From: Octopus sinensis
Taxonomy: Eukaryota
NCBI RefSeq assembly: GCF_006345805.1
Contig: NC_043004.1
Span: 56,606,001 to 56,670,000 of the forward strand
Direction of reading: 5' to 3'
DNA: 64,000 nucleotides
Below the pieces are notes generated by a model. The model saw only the letters and a list, made by a program, of their open reading frames with translations, was not told the DNA's origin and searched no databases. The translations under genes and the position numbers were made by a program. Shown here in pieces: positions 52,600 to 64,000 of this stretch. Positions within the stretch are counted from its first letter, which is position 1, and the number at the start of each line of letters is the position of its first letter.

Positions 52600-52787
52600 C
52601 ACATCGACTTTATATTCGTTCTTCACTTGTTTATATTACTGTTCTTCTAACTCGTGTCCATTGTCCAGAAATCTTTCGTCACATATCTATGACCTCTTCA
52701 GCGATACTTTCTGTCTTCATGTATGCCCTTGCTACACTTATTCCATTCTGTTCCTCTATGTTGTGTATTCTTATAATCGCGTCTTTT

Positions 52788-52818
<31 letters not shown>

Positions 52819-53640
52819 ACATATGTGTGTTTATCATTGTTCATATTAGCACTATCACTGCCCCTAAGCCCCGTCCGCTGTTCCGTTGCCGCCTGTTGCT
52901 GCTGCCCTTGAACCCGACTTATGGTACCGTTCCTATACTTCTCTGCGTTTGTGTACTACCCACGCTGCTGCTGCCAACGTAGTAGTAGTAGTTGTTGTTG
53001 TTGTTACCGCTGTTGCTGTTGTCGTTGTTGATATTGCTGTTGCCATCTGTGAAGTTGATGAAGTTGTGTTTGTATATATGGGTTCGTTTCCTATGTTTAT
53101 CAAATCCCTGCCTTTTCATACAGTTTTTTTATCTATCCCAATTTATTATATATATATCATAGGCATGTGCATATTTGTCTTTTGTATGTGTATTATACTG
53201 TTTGTATCTGTTTATATTCTCCCTTCTGTCTTTTGCCGTCTTGTTGTGTGGTGTGGTGGTAGGTGTTATTGTTCCATTAAATTTTTTTAATTAATATTCG
53301 GTCTGTCTATTTCTATGTGTGTAGCCTCCGTGAGCTGCCTAAGTGTCGTGTCATATATATGCGTTGATAATACCTTAACCACTTTGCTATTAACTGAACC
53401 TCTATGTTATCTTTGAGCATGTTCGTTGAACAGTGACGAGCATTTCTCTTCTTTGAGCTATCGCCAGTGTTCACCTATTCGCTTCCCTACTCTTCGTGCG
53501 GTCTCTTTATCGTAAGCAGTTGTCATGTTTCTGCACCATCCCTCAATACATCGTAAGCTATACGCTATATTCCTAACCTTACAGTTAACCTGTGAGTTCA
53601 TCCTACATACAATGCAGATATTCTCCGTACATGGGGACGT
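52600..53640 (-). mobile_element. Decayed PLE 3' end: GIY-YIG, UTR and degenerate hammerhead (52664-52705)
   Basis: CIVC...NCKVRNIAYSLRC...ETARRVGKRIGEH...EH...H...LRQLTEATHIEIDRPNIN (53290-53615, 2 internal stops); CTGAAGA g gtca/tgac GAAA gatt TC. Confidence 0.7.
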
Positions 53641-54482
53641 ATCGAAGGGATAAGTTTATAGACCAGGGATTTTATGTGTTCCAAACCATGCTAGATTTTG
53701 ATTGTTTCATGTCTAAATTACTAAAATAATTCTAAAACAAACCACTAAATTTCGCATGGAAGAACATGTGATCATAATATCATGTTTAAAGCAAGTTAAA
53801 TAAGCAATAATAATAATATTTAGAGGTACTACTTCTACTGCTACGACCATGACCACTAACAACAACAACAACAATACTAAAGGTGATCAAGATGAAGATA
53901 ACAGGAAAATTATCTTATTTAGGGTTAAAAGTTCTATTGCCACCACCATCACCACTAGCAACAATAATTAAGGTGCTGACAATGATGATGATGACAATTG
54001 AAATATAAAAATCCCAGACAAAGGCTATTTACAACATTTCTAAAAATAGCTCAACAATTGCTGCCTCGGTCAGGGTTAAGATACAGGACTCTTGACATGG
54101 TCAACAAAGCGTGACGCCTAAACCAATCAGCTTAAGTAATTGAGTGATACTACACACTGATTGGTCAGAATACAGTTTGCAAAACCTAGCAATCTGGAGC
54201 TGTATTTAAGGCACAGATTTAACCATCTCGCTACAGTCAAAAATTGTCAAGCATGACTGTCACCACTACTACATGAACCTGAAGATTGCCGGATTTAATG
54301 CATGAAAGTACTAGTTCAATCAGAATGAACATTTAAGATTCTATTCTATTATTTTATTTTATTTTATTTTATTATATTATACTATCTTATATCATTATAA
54401 GATTGTAAATAAAACATGAAAATCAGACAAGGTTGGAATTCCTTTTATTAATATATTCTTCTATACACAATCACACACACCC

Positions 54483-54565
<83 letters not shown>

Positions 54566-54567
<2 letters not shown>

Positions 54568-54994
54568 CTGTATTCCACAATCGTGTCCAGATATCTCCTT
54601 AGAGGTAGATGAGAAAACAGAACATATGTGTACGTAGAAGTGTGTGTTAGTATCTGTGTTCACGTATATGCGTTTGATTGTTTAGACGTAAGTGTTTTTG
54701 CATTTTGTGTGTACGCGAGGAAAGAACTGTACACTATGGCGTTGAAAGCGTAATTATATGAACGGAAATATTATATATGCTTTTCTTCTTACAAATGCAT
54801 TGAAAGGCAAGTACATTCAGCACAATGTTTGTTAATGCGATATCTGAAATTCCTCTTTATTCTCCTTTTACAATGAAAAGTCTTTCACAAAAACATGCCA
54901 GGGCGTCAACAACAGCATTTGCAGTTATACCTGACGACACACGTGCGCGCGGGTACAGACACACACACACTGACATAGGTGCGCGTGCGAGCAC
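54566..54994 (+). repeat. Unique flank segment duplicated in inverted form at 59085-59519
   Basis: near-identical reverse complement; about 2 substitutions seen. Confidence 0.95.
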
Positions 54995-55382
54995 CCATAC
55001 AGATGGATAAATAAATAGATTGCCAGACATGCATAATGGAGTAGATAGTTGGCGTACGTATTTTGAGACACGTGCCTGGAACTCGTCTTCCCAAGATTTC
55101 TTCTTTTACAAATATTAAAAAAAATATACTTATCTTTTTCTAACTTCGGATAAAAAGTTTCCGTCCAACACGTTAATATATTTCTATATATTCCTGTTTT
55201 TATTTATTTAAGATAAAACTAAGAGCAATAACTTTCCGCAGATATAACGTCATATATTTCTCGCTTGTATATATATATATATATATATAAAATATTATTA
55301 GAGACAAAACCACTATTTTGCAAAACAAACAAGGAAAGACTTAATCAATACATAAAATTTTAATAAATAGTCAAAAAAACCG

Positions 55383-55425
55383 CCACTACAATTGTTTCTT
55401 GTCTTGATCGACAATCTTCAGGTGG
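55383..55425 (-). ncRNA. Intact minimal type-I hammerhead
   Basis: ccac CTGAAGA ttgtc gatcaa gacaa GAAA c aatt g TA gtgg; all three stems pair and stem III is palindromic (CAATTG). Confidence 0.85.
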
Positions 55426-55869
55426 ACTTCCAATCTAAAATATCAATATTTTAAAATATAAAAATAATAATTTTAAAATAATTAAAGTATGAATGAAAAA
55501 ATATAAATATATAATCCATATATAACCTATATATAATCCATATATAATCAATATATAAACAATATATAAACTAAAATAAACCTATCAACAATTAAATATA
55601 AAATATAAAATATAAAATATAAAACAAAACAAAAAAATAATAATAATATAATAATAAACTATATATACACCCATACACATATACCTAATTATATATAACC
55701 ATATCTAACTACATACACTAAATCACACACCTATATATATATCCCTATACATACACATAAAAACGTCTAGGCAACTATAAATAAATAAAATAGCTAAATA
55801 CTTCAACACAATACTTATTCATACTCCCCCACACACACACATACAACCCACATTCACGCTCTAGAAAAC

Positions 55870-57500
55870 GGACATCACTTAAAATTATGAACGGAGAAAT
55901 GGAATAAATGGAATTAAAAATTATATTCACTTGGTAAAACGAACACTACTTAAAAATTATGAATGAAACAATGCAATAAAACAACAGACATCGCAAATAG
56001 ACACAAATACTACGAATTCCTTAACAAACCTACCATGATAAACCAAAACTCATAAAAACATATAATGATAAAATCTCCCTTTACTAAACTCTATAACATA
56101 CCTATATAGCAATCCCCCTAACCTAAACATTCACACACAAATACACACACGTAAACCACACACCCACGACATATACAAATACCCACACCACTTACACATA
56201 CCTATACATACATATAAACCTCAACATATACTCCAAAAACCCACTCAACCCCACACAGACAAATAAACACAAAAATTATGAATGGATTCTTTTATAAAAC
56301 TACCATGATAAGCTAAAACTCACAAAACATAAATGATAAAACCTCCCTTTACTAAACACTATAACATACTTATATAGCAATCCCTTTAACCTATACATTC
56401 ACACACAAATACACACACGTAAACCACACACCCATAACAAATACAAACACCCACCCCACTCACACACACCCGCAAGTACATATAAGCCTCAACATATACA
56501 CCAAACAAAATTACTTTACCAAGGAACTTAACATATGTATAAAAAGTATAACCGCTCTGGAAACGAACATCTTTTAAAATAATGAATGGAGAAATGGAAT
56601 AAATGGAATTAAAAATAATATTCACGTGGCAAAACGAACACCACTCAAAAATTATGAATGAAACAATGTAATAAAACAACCAACATCGAAAATAGACAAA
56701 TTACCACGAATTCCCTAAAAAAACCATGATAAACCAAAACTCTTAAAAACATATAACGATAAAATCTCCCTTTGCTAAACTCTATAACAAACCTATATAG
56801 CAATCCCCCTAACCTAAACATTCACACACAAATACACACACGTAAACCACAGACCCACGACTTATACACATACCTATACTAACTTATAAACCTCAATATA
56901 CACCAAAAACCCCCTCCCTCCCCACACAGACAAATTAACACATACATCCCAAAACCTAAATAACAAACCCATATACACATTCACACACAAACACACACAC
57001 ACGCAAAACACACACACACAACAGATACATATACTCCCTCACATATACGCATATACATACTCACTAAACTCGATATATACAACAATATTTACACACCCAC
57101 ACTCATACAGATAAATAAATTATACAACTAAAAACTCACACACAATCTCATACATAAACACTCCTATGAAAAACAACATTAAATACATCGTAATTAACCA
57201 GAATATCAAAAATAACAATATGACATAAGGAGAAATAAAATACATACTTACAAGTCAGTTTCAAATTATGAAGTGAAATTAAATTCTTAGCCGTTAAAAA
57301 AATCAAACCAAAATTACGTTACCATAAAAATATAACTTATGTAAAAAAAGAATACGCGCCATGGAAAGTAAACGTCATTTAAAATTATGAATGGAGAAAT
57401 AGAATAAATGGAACTAAAAACTATATCCACGTGGCAAACCAACACTACTTAAAAAAAAAAATTATTATGAATGGATTCTTTAAAAAACTACCATGATAAA
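55870..57500. repeat. Imperfect ~700-800-bp tandem units with nested sub-repeats, strongly C/A-rich on the + strand
   Basis: aatgaa(c/t)ggagaaat(g/a)gaataaatggaa near 55885, 56580 and 57385; ccatgataa near 56030, 56300, 56725 and 57490. Confidence 0.8.
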
Positions 57501-57929
57501 TTATTATATACATTTATGAGCTTTAGCTCATCTTAGCAGCTCTAACAAACAACTTGCAGTAACCCAAATCTATTCTCGATGCCTACCTTACTACTACACT
57601 ATTCCATTCACAATTCCAAGCAACGCTAGTCCACCACCCGGTTACAATTCCCAACTCCACCCATTCATTCACAATTTCAACGACGTTCGCCTCCACAGCG
57701 CTACATATAAGCCTCAACATATACACCGGAGATTCACTTTCACATCCGTGCGGATGGGTTAGTTATGTATTATTCTAGTGTGTATAATTGTATACATATG
57801 ATTGGTGTGAGTGGGATTACACCCATTTTTGGGGATGTATGTGTTTATTTGTCCGTATGGGGCGGGAGTGGCCGTTTGGTGTATATGTTGAGGCTCACAT
57901 GCAATTCCAGGTACGCGCGAATGAAGTGG

Positions 57930-58403
57930 GCACATAAGACTTATATTAATTGTACATGTAGAGATAAATCTAATTGTATATTAAATAATAATTGTGATAT
58001 TAACGATGTAGTGTATAAATGTATAGTTACATTACATGATAATAACTTTAAGAATAATAATTACCCAAAAGCGGTTTATATAGGTTCTACTTCCTCAAAA
58101 ATAAAACTAAGAATCGCACAACATATGAATTCTTTTAAAAATAAAAACTTAATCAACTCAACCGGACTTAGTAAGTACATTTGGAGTCTTAAATCACTAA
58201 ATATTAATTATAGTTTAATTTGGGAAATAATTTGTAAAACTAAATCATATACTATAGGAGCTAATTGTTGTTATTTATGCTCTAATGAGTTTAAAGAAAT
58301 TTTATTTTATAAGTATGATAATTTACTTAATACTGGTGAAGAGCGCAAAATAAAATGCAGACATAAGTTACTTTACCTATATAATAAGTTTCATGATAAA
58401 TAG
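57930..58403 (+). CDS. PLE GIY-YIG endonuclease domain (the N-terminal part of the track ORF is repeat read-through)
   Basis: NCTCRDKSNC...DVVYKCIV...VYIGST..KLRIAQHMNSF..STGLSKYIWSLK..CYLC..LLN..CRH. Confidence 0.85.
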   Translation, partial: AHKTYINCTCRDKSNCILNNNCDINDVVYKCIVTLHDNNFKNNNYPKAVYIGSTSSKIKLRIAQHMNSFKNKNLINSTGLSKYIWSLKSLNINYSLIWEIICKTKSYTIGANCCYLCSNEFKEILFYKYDNLLNTGEERKIKCRHKLLYLYNKFHDK

Positions 58404-58617
58404 CAATAATAGTTCCCTTTTAGGTTACTTTAGTTTAGTTTAAATTAGTTTAGATAATATATTTTTTGGTTATGTAGTCTAGGCTTTAATTATAGTTAGT
58501 CTTTATTGATATTTCTTTGTTTTAATTAGTTCATTTTTAATGTATATTAATATAACAGTTTATGGTATGTTAAAACTTTAATAATTTATATTAGATTTTT
58601 TATTTTCTTTATTTATC

Positions 58618-59082
58618 TGTTCAGCATATAAACTACTGGGAAAGACTCAAGAGATTAAAGCTCTATTCCTTGGAGCATAGACGAGAAAGATATGCCATAA
58701 TATACATCTGGAAGATCCTGGAAGGACTTGTCCCAAACTTTGGCATCGAGAGTTACACAAATGCCAGAACTGGGCGCCACTGCGTGGTGCCAATTATTCC
58801 AAATTTGCCATCAAGATGTAGGACAAGATACTGTAATAGCCTGGGCTTCCGAGGCCCACAGCTCTTCAATATCCTCCCGAAGAACCTAAGAGACCTGCAT
58901 TGGGTGGATGCAGATGTCTTTAAAATGAAACTGGATCTCTTCTTGTCAGGTATCCCAGATGAACCAACTTCAAGGCAGGAGGTGCAGATGGGTGCAGATG
59001 AGGGCAGCTGCATCGAACTCTCTCAAGCATTCGTGAAGTAAAACCATGCAGCAACACCAGATGGTGGTGCCCCAGCATGGCC
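58618..59082 (+). repeat. Direct copy of LINE 3' segment 51570-52034
   Basis: about 465 bp with 2 substitutions seen; stops before the LINE stem-loop and tail. Confidence 0.95.
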
Positions 59083-60253
59083 AGTATGAGTGCTCGCACG
59101 CGCACCTATGTCAGTGTGTGTGTGTCTGTACCCGCGCGCACGTGTGTCGTCAGGTATAACTGCAAATGCTGTTGTTGACGCCCTGGCATGTTTTTGTGAA
59201 AGACTTTTCATTGTAAAAGGAGAATAAAGAGGAATTTCAGATATCGCATTAACAAACATTGTGCTGAATGTACTTGCTTTTCAATGCATTTGTAAGAAGA
59301 AAAGCATATATAATATTTCCGTTCATATAATTACGCTTTCAACGCCATAGTGTACAGTTCTTTCCTCGCGTACACACAAAATGCAAAAACACTTACGTCT
59401 AAACAATCAAACGCATATACGTGAACACAGATACTAACACACACTTCTACGTACACATATGTTCTGTTTTCTCATCTACCTCTAAGGAGATATCTGGACA
59501 CGATTGTGGAATACAGCTTGTGTGTGTATTTGTGTGTGAATGTTTAGGTTAGGGGGATTGCTATATAGGTATGTTATAGAGTTTAGTAAAGGGAGATTTT
59601 ATCATTATATGTTTTTATGAGTTTTGGTTTATCATGGTAGGTTTGTTAAGGAATTCGTAGTAATTTGTGTCTATTTGCGATGTCTGTTGTTTTATTGCAT
59701 TGTTTCATTCATAATTTTTAAGTAGTGTTCGTTTTACCAAGTGAATATAATTTTTAATTCCATTTATTCCATTTCTCCGTTCATAATTTTAAGTGATGTC
59801 CGTTTTCTAGAGCGTGAATGTGGGTTGTATGTGTGTGTGTGTGGGAGTATGAATAAGTATTGTGTTGAAGTATTTAGCTATTTTATTTATTTATAGTTGC
59901 CTAGACGTTTTTATGTGTATGTATATGGATATATATATATAGGTGTGTGATTTAGTGTATGTAGTTAGATATGGTTATATATAATTAGGTATATGTGTAT
60001 GGGTGTATATATAGTTTATTATTATATTATTATTATTTTTTTGTTTTGTTTTATATTTTATATTTTATATTTTATATTTTATATTTAATTGTTGATAGGT
60101 TTATTTTAGTTTATATATTGTTTATATATTGATTATATATGGATTATATATAGGTTATATATGGATTATATATTTATATTTTTTCATTCATACTTTAATT
60201 ATTTTAAAATTATTATTTTTATATTTTAAAATATTGATATTTAGATTGGAAGT

Positions 60254-60295
60254 CCACCTGAAGATTGTCGATCAAGACAAGAACAATTGTAGTGG
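60254..60295 (+). ncRNA. Hammerhead copy lacking one A of GAAA
   Basis: ccac CTGAAGA ttgtc gatcaa gacaa GAA caattg TA gtgg. Confidence 0.7.
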
Positions 60296-60468
60296 CGGTT
60301 TTTTGACTATTTATTAAAATTTTATGTATTAAGTCTTTCCTTGTTGTTTTGCAAAATAGTGGTTTTGTCTCTAATAATATTTTATAATATTTTACTATAA
60401 AATTGGATTTAATCCTAAATCTGATTTTTTCCCTGTAAATTTGGATTTATTCCCTAATATTTATTATT

Positions 60469-60499
<31 letters not shown>

Positions 60500-60805
60500 T
60501 AATATATGTATGTGTGTGTGTGTGTGTGGTGTGTGTATGTATATGTGTGTGTGTGTATGTTATGTGTGTGTATGTATATATGTGTGTGTGTATTTATATA
60601 TGTGTGTGTATATATATATATGTGTGTGTGTGTGTGTATGTATATATATATGTGTGTGTGGGTATGTATATATGTGTGTGTGGGTATATATATATGTGTG
60701 TGTATGTATGTGTGTGTGTGTGTGTGTATGTATATATGTGTGTGTGTGTGTATGTATATATGTGTGATTGTATGTGGGGGGTGCATGCATATACATATAT
60801 ACACA

Positions 60806-61762
60806 CAGGTTGCGAGAGGTAAATTGTCGACAATTTATATTTTCAATACTTCACGCATGTGCATTGTTTGTTTTTGATATTGTCGACTACATAGTATGGT
60901 AAGGTTAGTTGGGCACCGTCTGTCCGAAAAAAAGCAAAATGACGCAACTCACCCAGACAGAAATTTGGAAGCGACATGCTTTACTGCTTGGCATTCGCGC
61001 CAGAAGCTCTAATTCGAACATTTCCGAGTGTTTGGGTGTCAATCTGAGGACATTGCAATCTGTAGACATGTACCGAGTGTGATAAAAAAAACACAATCAA
61101 CACCATGGTGTTTGGAGTGATCACAAGTGATGACAACTTTATTCCTCCATTCATCATCCCACATGGTCTCTCACTCGACATGGAGACCTACATGAAGTGC
61201 CTGGAGGAGTTAGTGCTGCTATCGGTAAAGAGGGTGGCTGCTGGAAGTCCTTACGTCTGGAAACAGGACTCTGCATCATGCCATACAATTTAGAGAACAG
61301 TCATAATAGACAGAAAATTTCTACGACCACATTTCCGTTAACATCAGGCCACCTAACTACCCAGACTGCAACTCTCTTGATTACTATGTGTGATGTGTCG
61401 TAGAGTGAGAGAACAACAAAACCACTTGTAACACCGAAGATGAACTGAAGTCAAAGATTACAGCAGCATTCACCAACATAAACACGGAGACTGTTCAGAA
61501 GAGTTGAAATAGATTTCGAAATCGTCTGGAGAACGTGGCTGAATCGAATGCCGATTTTATTGAATAAATTTACTCTTTGGTATTTCAAGATATATATATT
61601 TTATATATATATTTTATATTTTATCTAGTTTCAGCTAATGAGCTGTGGTCATATATATATATATTTTTTTTACAATTTTGGTGAATATATCTATTAAAAT
61701 GAGATGTTAGTGTTATTTTCATTTTTGCGTAATTTAGACGACAATATATTCACCGCACCCTG
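60806..61762 (+). mobile_element. Internally deleted DD37D (maT)-like Tc1/mariner element with both TIRs
   Basis: MVFGVITSD...PPFIIPHGL...KCLEE...YVWKQDSASCHT, then PN.PDCN.LDY; left caggttgcgagaggtaaattgtcgac resembles rc of the right end (cagggtgcggtgaatatattgtcgtc) followed by TA. Confidence 0.8.
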
Positions 61763-61799
61763 TATATACATACACATATATATATATATATATATATAT

Positions 61800-61850
61800 G
61801 AAAAGGCGGTGCATCAGCATGGCCGCAGCTTTGAGCTGAAACTACAGAAT
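61800..61850 (+). mobile_element. Isolated LINE/SINE 3' tail
   Basis: aaggcggtgcatcagcatggccgcagctttgagctgaaacta. Confidence 0.7.
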
Positions 61851-61860
61851 TTATATATAT

Positions 61861-62438
61861 ATATGTATGGACTAGTCTTCTAAGCGTGTAGACATGAATC
61901 TGAAGGTACGGGTACGTATGTGTATATATGTGAATGTATGTAGATGTACGTATGTATGAATATAACGCGTGCGTGCGTGTATGTGTATGAGTGTACGAAT
62001 GAGTGAGTGTGGTGCTAATGAGTGTGCGTGCGTGAGTGCTTGTGTTCAAGTAGAAAGATAAATGGACTTGCTGTCGTAGCAGAAGATGCTTGTGACCCGC
62101 GGTCAAAGTAACAAAAGTAATAAATGAAGATAATAATAAATTAAAATTAGGGAATGGGTTTGTATTTGTATGTATATGGTGTGTATGTGTAGGTATGTAT
62201 AGGTACACATATGTATATATATGTGTATATATATATATATATATGTATTATATATATGTGTATATAGGGACTTGTGTGTGTATGTGTGTATGTAGATATG
62301 TGTGTGTATGTGTGTATGTGTATGTGTGTGTATGTATATATTTTTGTGTGTGATATGTATATGTGTGGGCGTGATGTATATATATACATGTGTTGTGTGT
62401 ATATGTATATGCATATATATGTGTATATATATAATATA

Positions 62439-62481
<43 letters not shown>

Positions 62482-62843
62482 GTGTGTGCGTGTATGTATG
62501 TTGTGTATGTATGTTGTGTGTGGTTTGTGTGTATATTATTATACATATGTGTATATGTATAGTGAGAATCTCCTTATTTACCTAAAACTCTATTCTTCTA
62601 TATATATTTTTAAATTCTTTATTTATTCTTTTATCTAATTTACCACTGACTCCTTGACCACTCCCCCAAGCATGATATTTTTGCGCTATGCCTACCCCCA
62701 AAAAGTCCCCCACCCCACCCCTTTAAACCTGCCTAAATGTATAAATGCCAATACAATTCTTGTTAACTAGCTTCCTGATGATTTCTCTTGAATGAAACAG
62801 TTCTAGTCCTGTAGAAGCTCCTTCTATATAATAAATAAAATAT

Positions 62844-62845
<2 letters not shown>
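61861..62845 (+). mobile_element. Solo pseudo-LTR of the 31.9-37.6 kb PLE family, diverged, with hammerhead at 62769-62819
   Basis: homologous to rc 31990-33190, including tatggactagtcttct, the microsatellite mosaic and agcttc CTGATGA...GAAA cag..ctg TA gaagct. Confidence 0.85.
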
Positions 62846-62874
<29 letters not shown>

Positions 62875-62957
62875 AACAATTGCAGCGTGGAAGGTGTTTA
62901 TAAGCCATTTAAGAAACACACAAAAGCCGTTCGATTCACTCCACACATTTAAGTTAA

Positions 62958-63007
62958 TTTGTCAAAATTTTTTCGTCGCTTAAATGCGCGACCTGTTCAC
63001 TGACAAA
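62958..63007 (-). ncRNA. Second G3:C8-variant hammerhead
   Basis: tttgtca GTGAACA g gtcgc gcatttaa gcgac GAAA aaat TT tgacaaa. Confidence 0.7.
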
Positions 63008-63034
63008 GTCCGTGCTGCATCTAAGAAAGTAACA

Positions 63035-63820
63035 GTTAGTTCGTCATATATATGTACGTATGTATGTGTTGTATGTATGCATACATGTGTGTAGTATGTA
63101 TGTACGTATGCATGTACGCACATACGCCTGTTTTATGCATGTATGTATGTATGTATGTATGTATGTATGTATGTATATATGTATGTGTGTGTATAAGCAC
63201 GCACATACACTCTATAAAACATAAAGCTATATAAACTGTAGCGATGGATGGATGTAGAGTGACCACTCATCAACAACGCTATCAAATTTCAACTCCCTAC
63301 GGCGAGGCTAGAAAGTGAATTTATGACGCTTGCTCACAAGAACTATACCCTAAAATCTATTATCAGATATTATCTCTATATCACAGAACTAATGTTTTAC
63401 TATTGTTCGTATGTATGTATGTATGTGCGTATGTATGTATGTATGTATGTATGTATGTATGTATGTATGTATGTATGTATGTATGTATGTTCATCGTACG
63501 CATGGCGTATGTATGTATACGCGCTCGTATGCATTGTGCCCATGTAGGTGTGCGTACATGTACGTGCGTATGTACGTGTGTATGCCCATACGTAGGTATG
63601 TATGTAGTTGTATTCATGTGCACGTATGTATTGAGTGTCTGGAGAATGGGCAGATGTGTCCGTGATAGTGTGTACATGGGTATGTGTATGTGAACGTATG
63701 TCCGTGTACTGGCATGTGTCCGTCCAAGTTGTGTACTGACTGTTACTTTACTGAAGGTTGTATACAAATTTACATATATGTTCGTATAGACGCACACACA
63801 TATATATATATGTGTGTGTG
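63035..63820. repeat. (TATG)n / (TG)n compound microsatellite region
   Basis: direct inspection. Confidence 0.9.
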
Positions 63821-64000
63821 GGTGTGTGTTTGTTCCTCTCATCATCGTCTACCGTGAACGGATACAACGCCTAGGTGCAACTGTTCGTATCAAAAACAAC
63901 GTCTGCTCATACCGTTGTATATAACTGCACATACGCATTGCAACCTGTATGTAAGAACTACAGGTGAAAGGGAGAGAGAGAGAGGGGTGGTTATAGAATA

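Larger units (their letters stand above)
55290..60465. mobile_element. Divergent (inverted) PLE composite: - strand terminal repeat 55290-57740; + strand GIY-YIG and terminal repeat 57750-60465
   Basis: 55290-56150 matches rc 59520-60385; GIY-YIG ORF at 57930-58403; hammerheads at 55383 (-) and 60254 (+); (TA)n at both outer ends. Confidence 0.85.

Overview
AT-rich eukaryotic non-coding DNA, dense in (TA)n/(TG)n microsatellites and transposon remnants. The SINE types and repeat landscape look like an octopus (cephalopod) genome; this is inferred from repeat style, not verified. No host gene could be identified with confidence, and most ORFs in the supplied track are microsatellite artefacts. 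The window holds at least 7 Penelope-like element (PLE) remnants with RT and/or GIY-YIG coding, including one full-length mutated copy at 31.9-37.6 kb and a rearranged inverted composite at 55.3-60.5 kb. It also holds 3 long CR1-group LINE copies, 4 Tc1/mariner remnants and about 11 tRNA-derived SINEs. The main hidden layer is RNA structure: about 15 minimal type-I hammerhead ribozyme motifs (complete, degenerate or partial) from several unrelated repeat families. One family has a compensatory G3:C8 swap of the catalytic core (GUGAACA instead of CUGAnGA) in two independent copies. Other notable observations are a six-fold ATTGG-N12-TGACGTC promoter array ahead of a TATA box in a PLE terminal repeat, a covarying 3' stem-loop shared by a LINE and the SINEs, and repeated fold-back and locally templated insertions.
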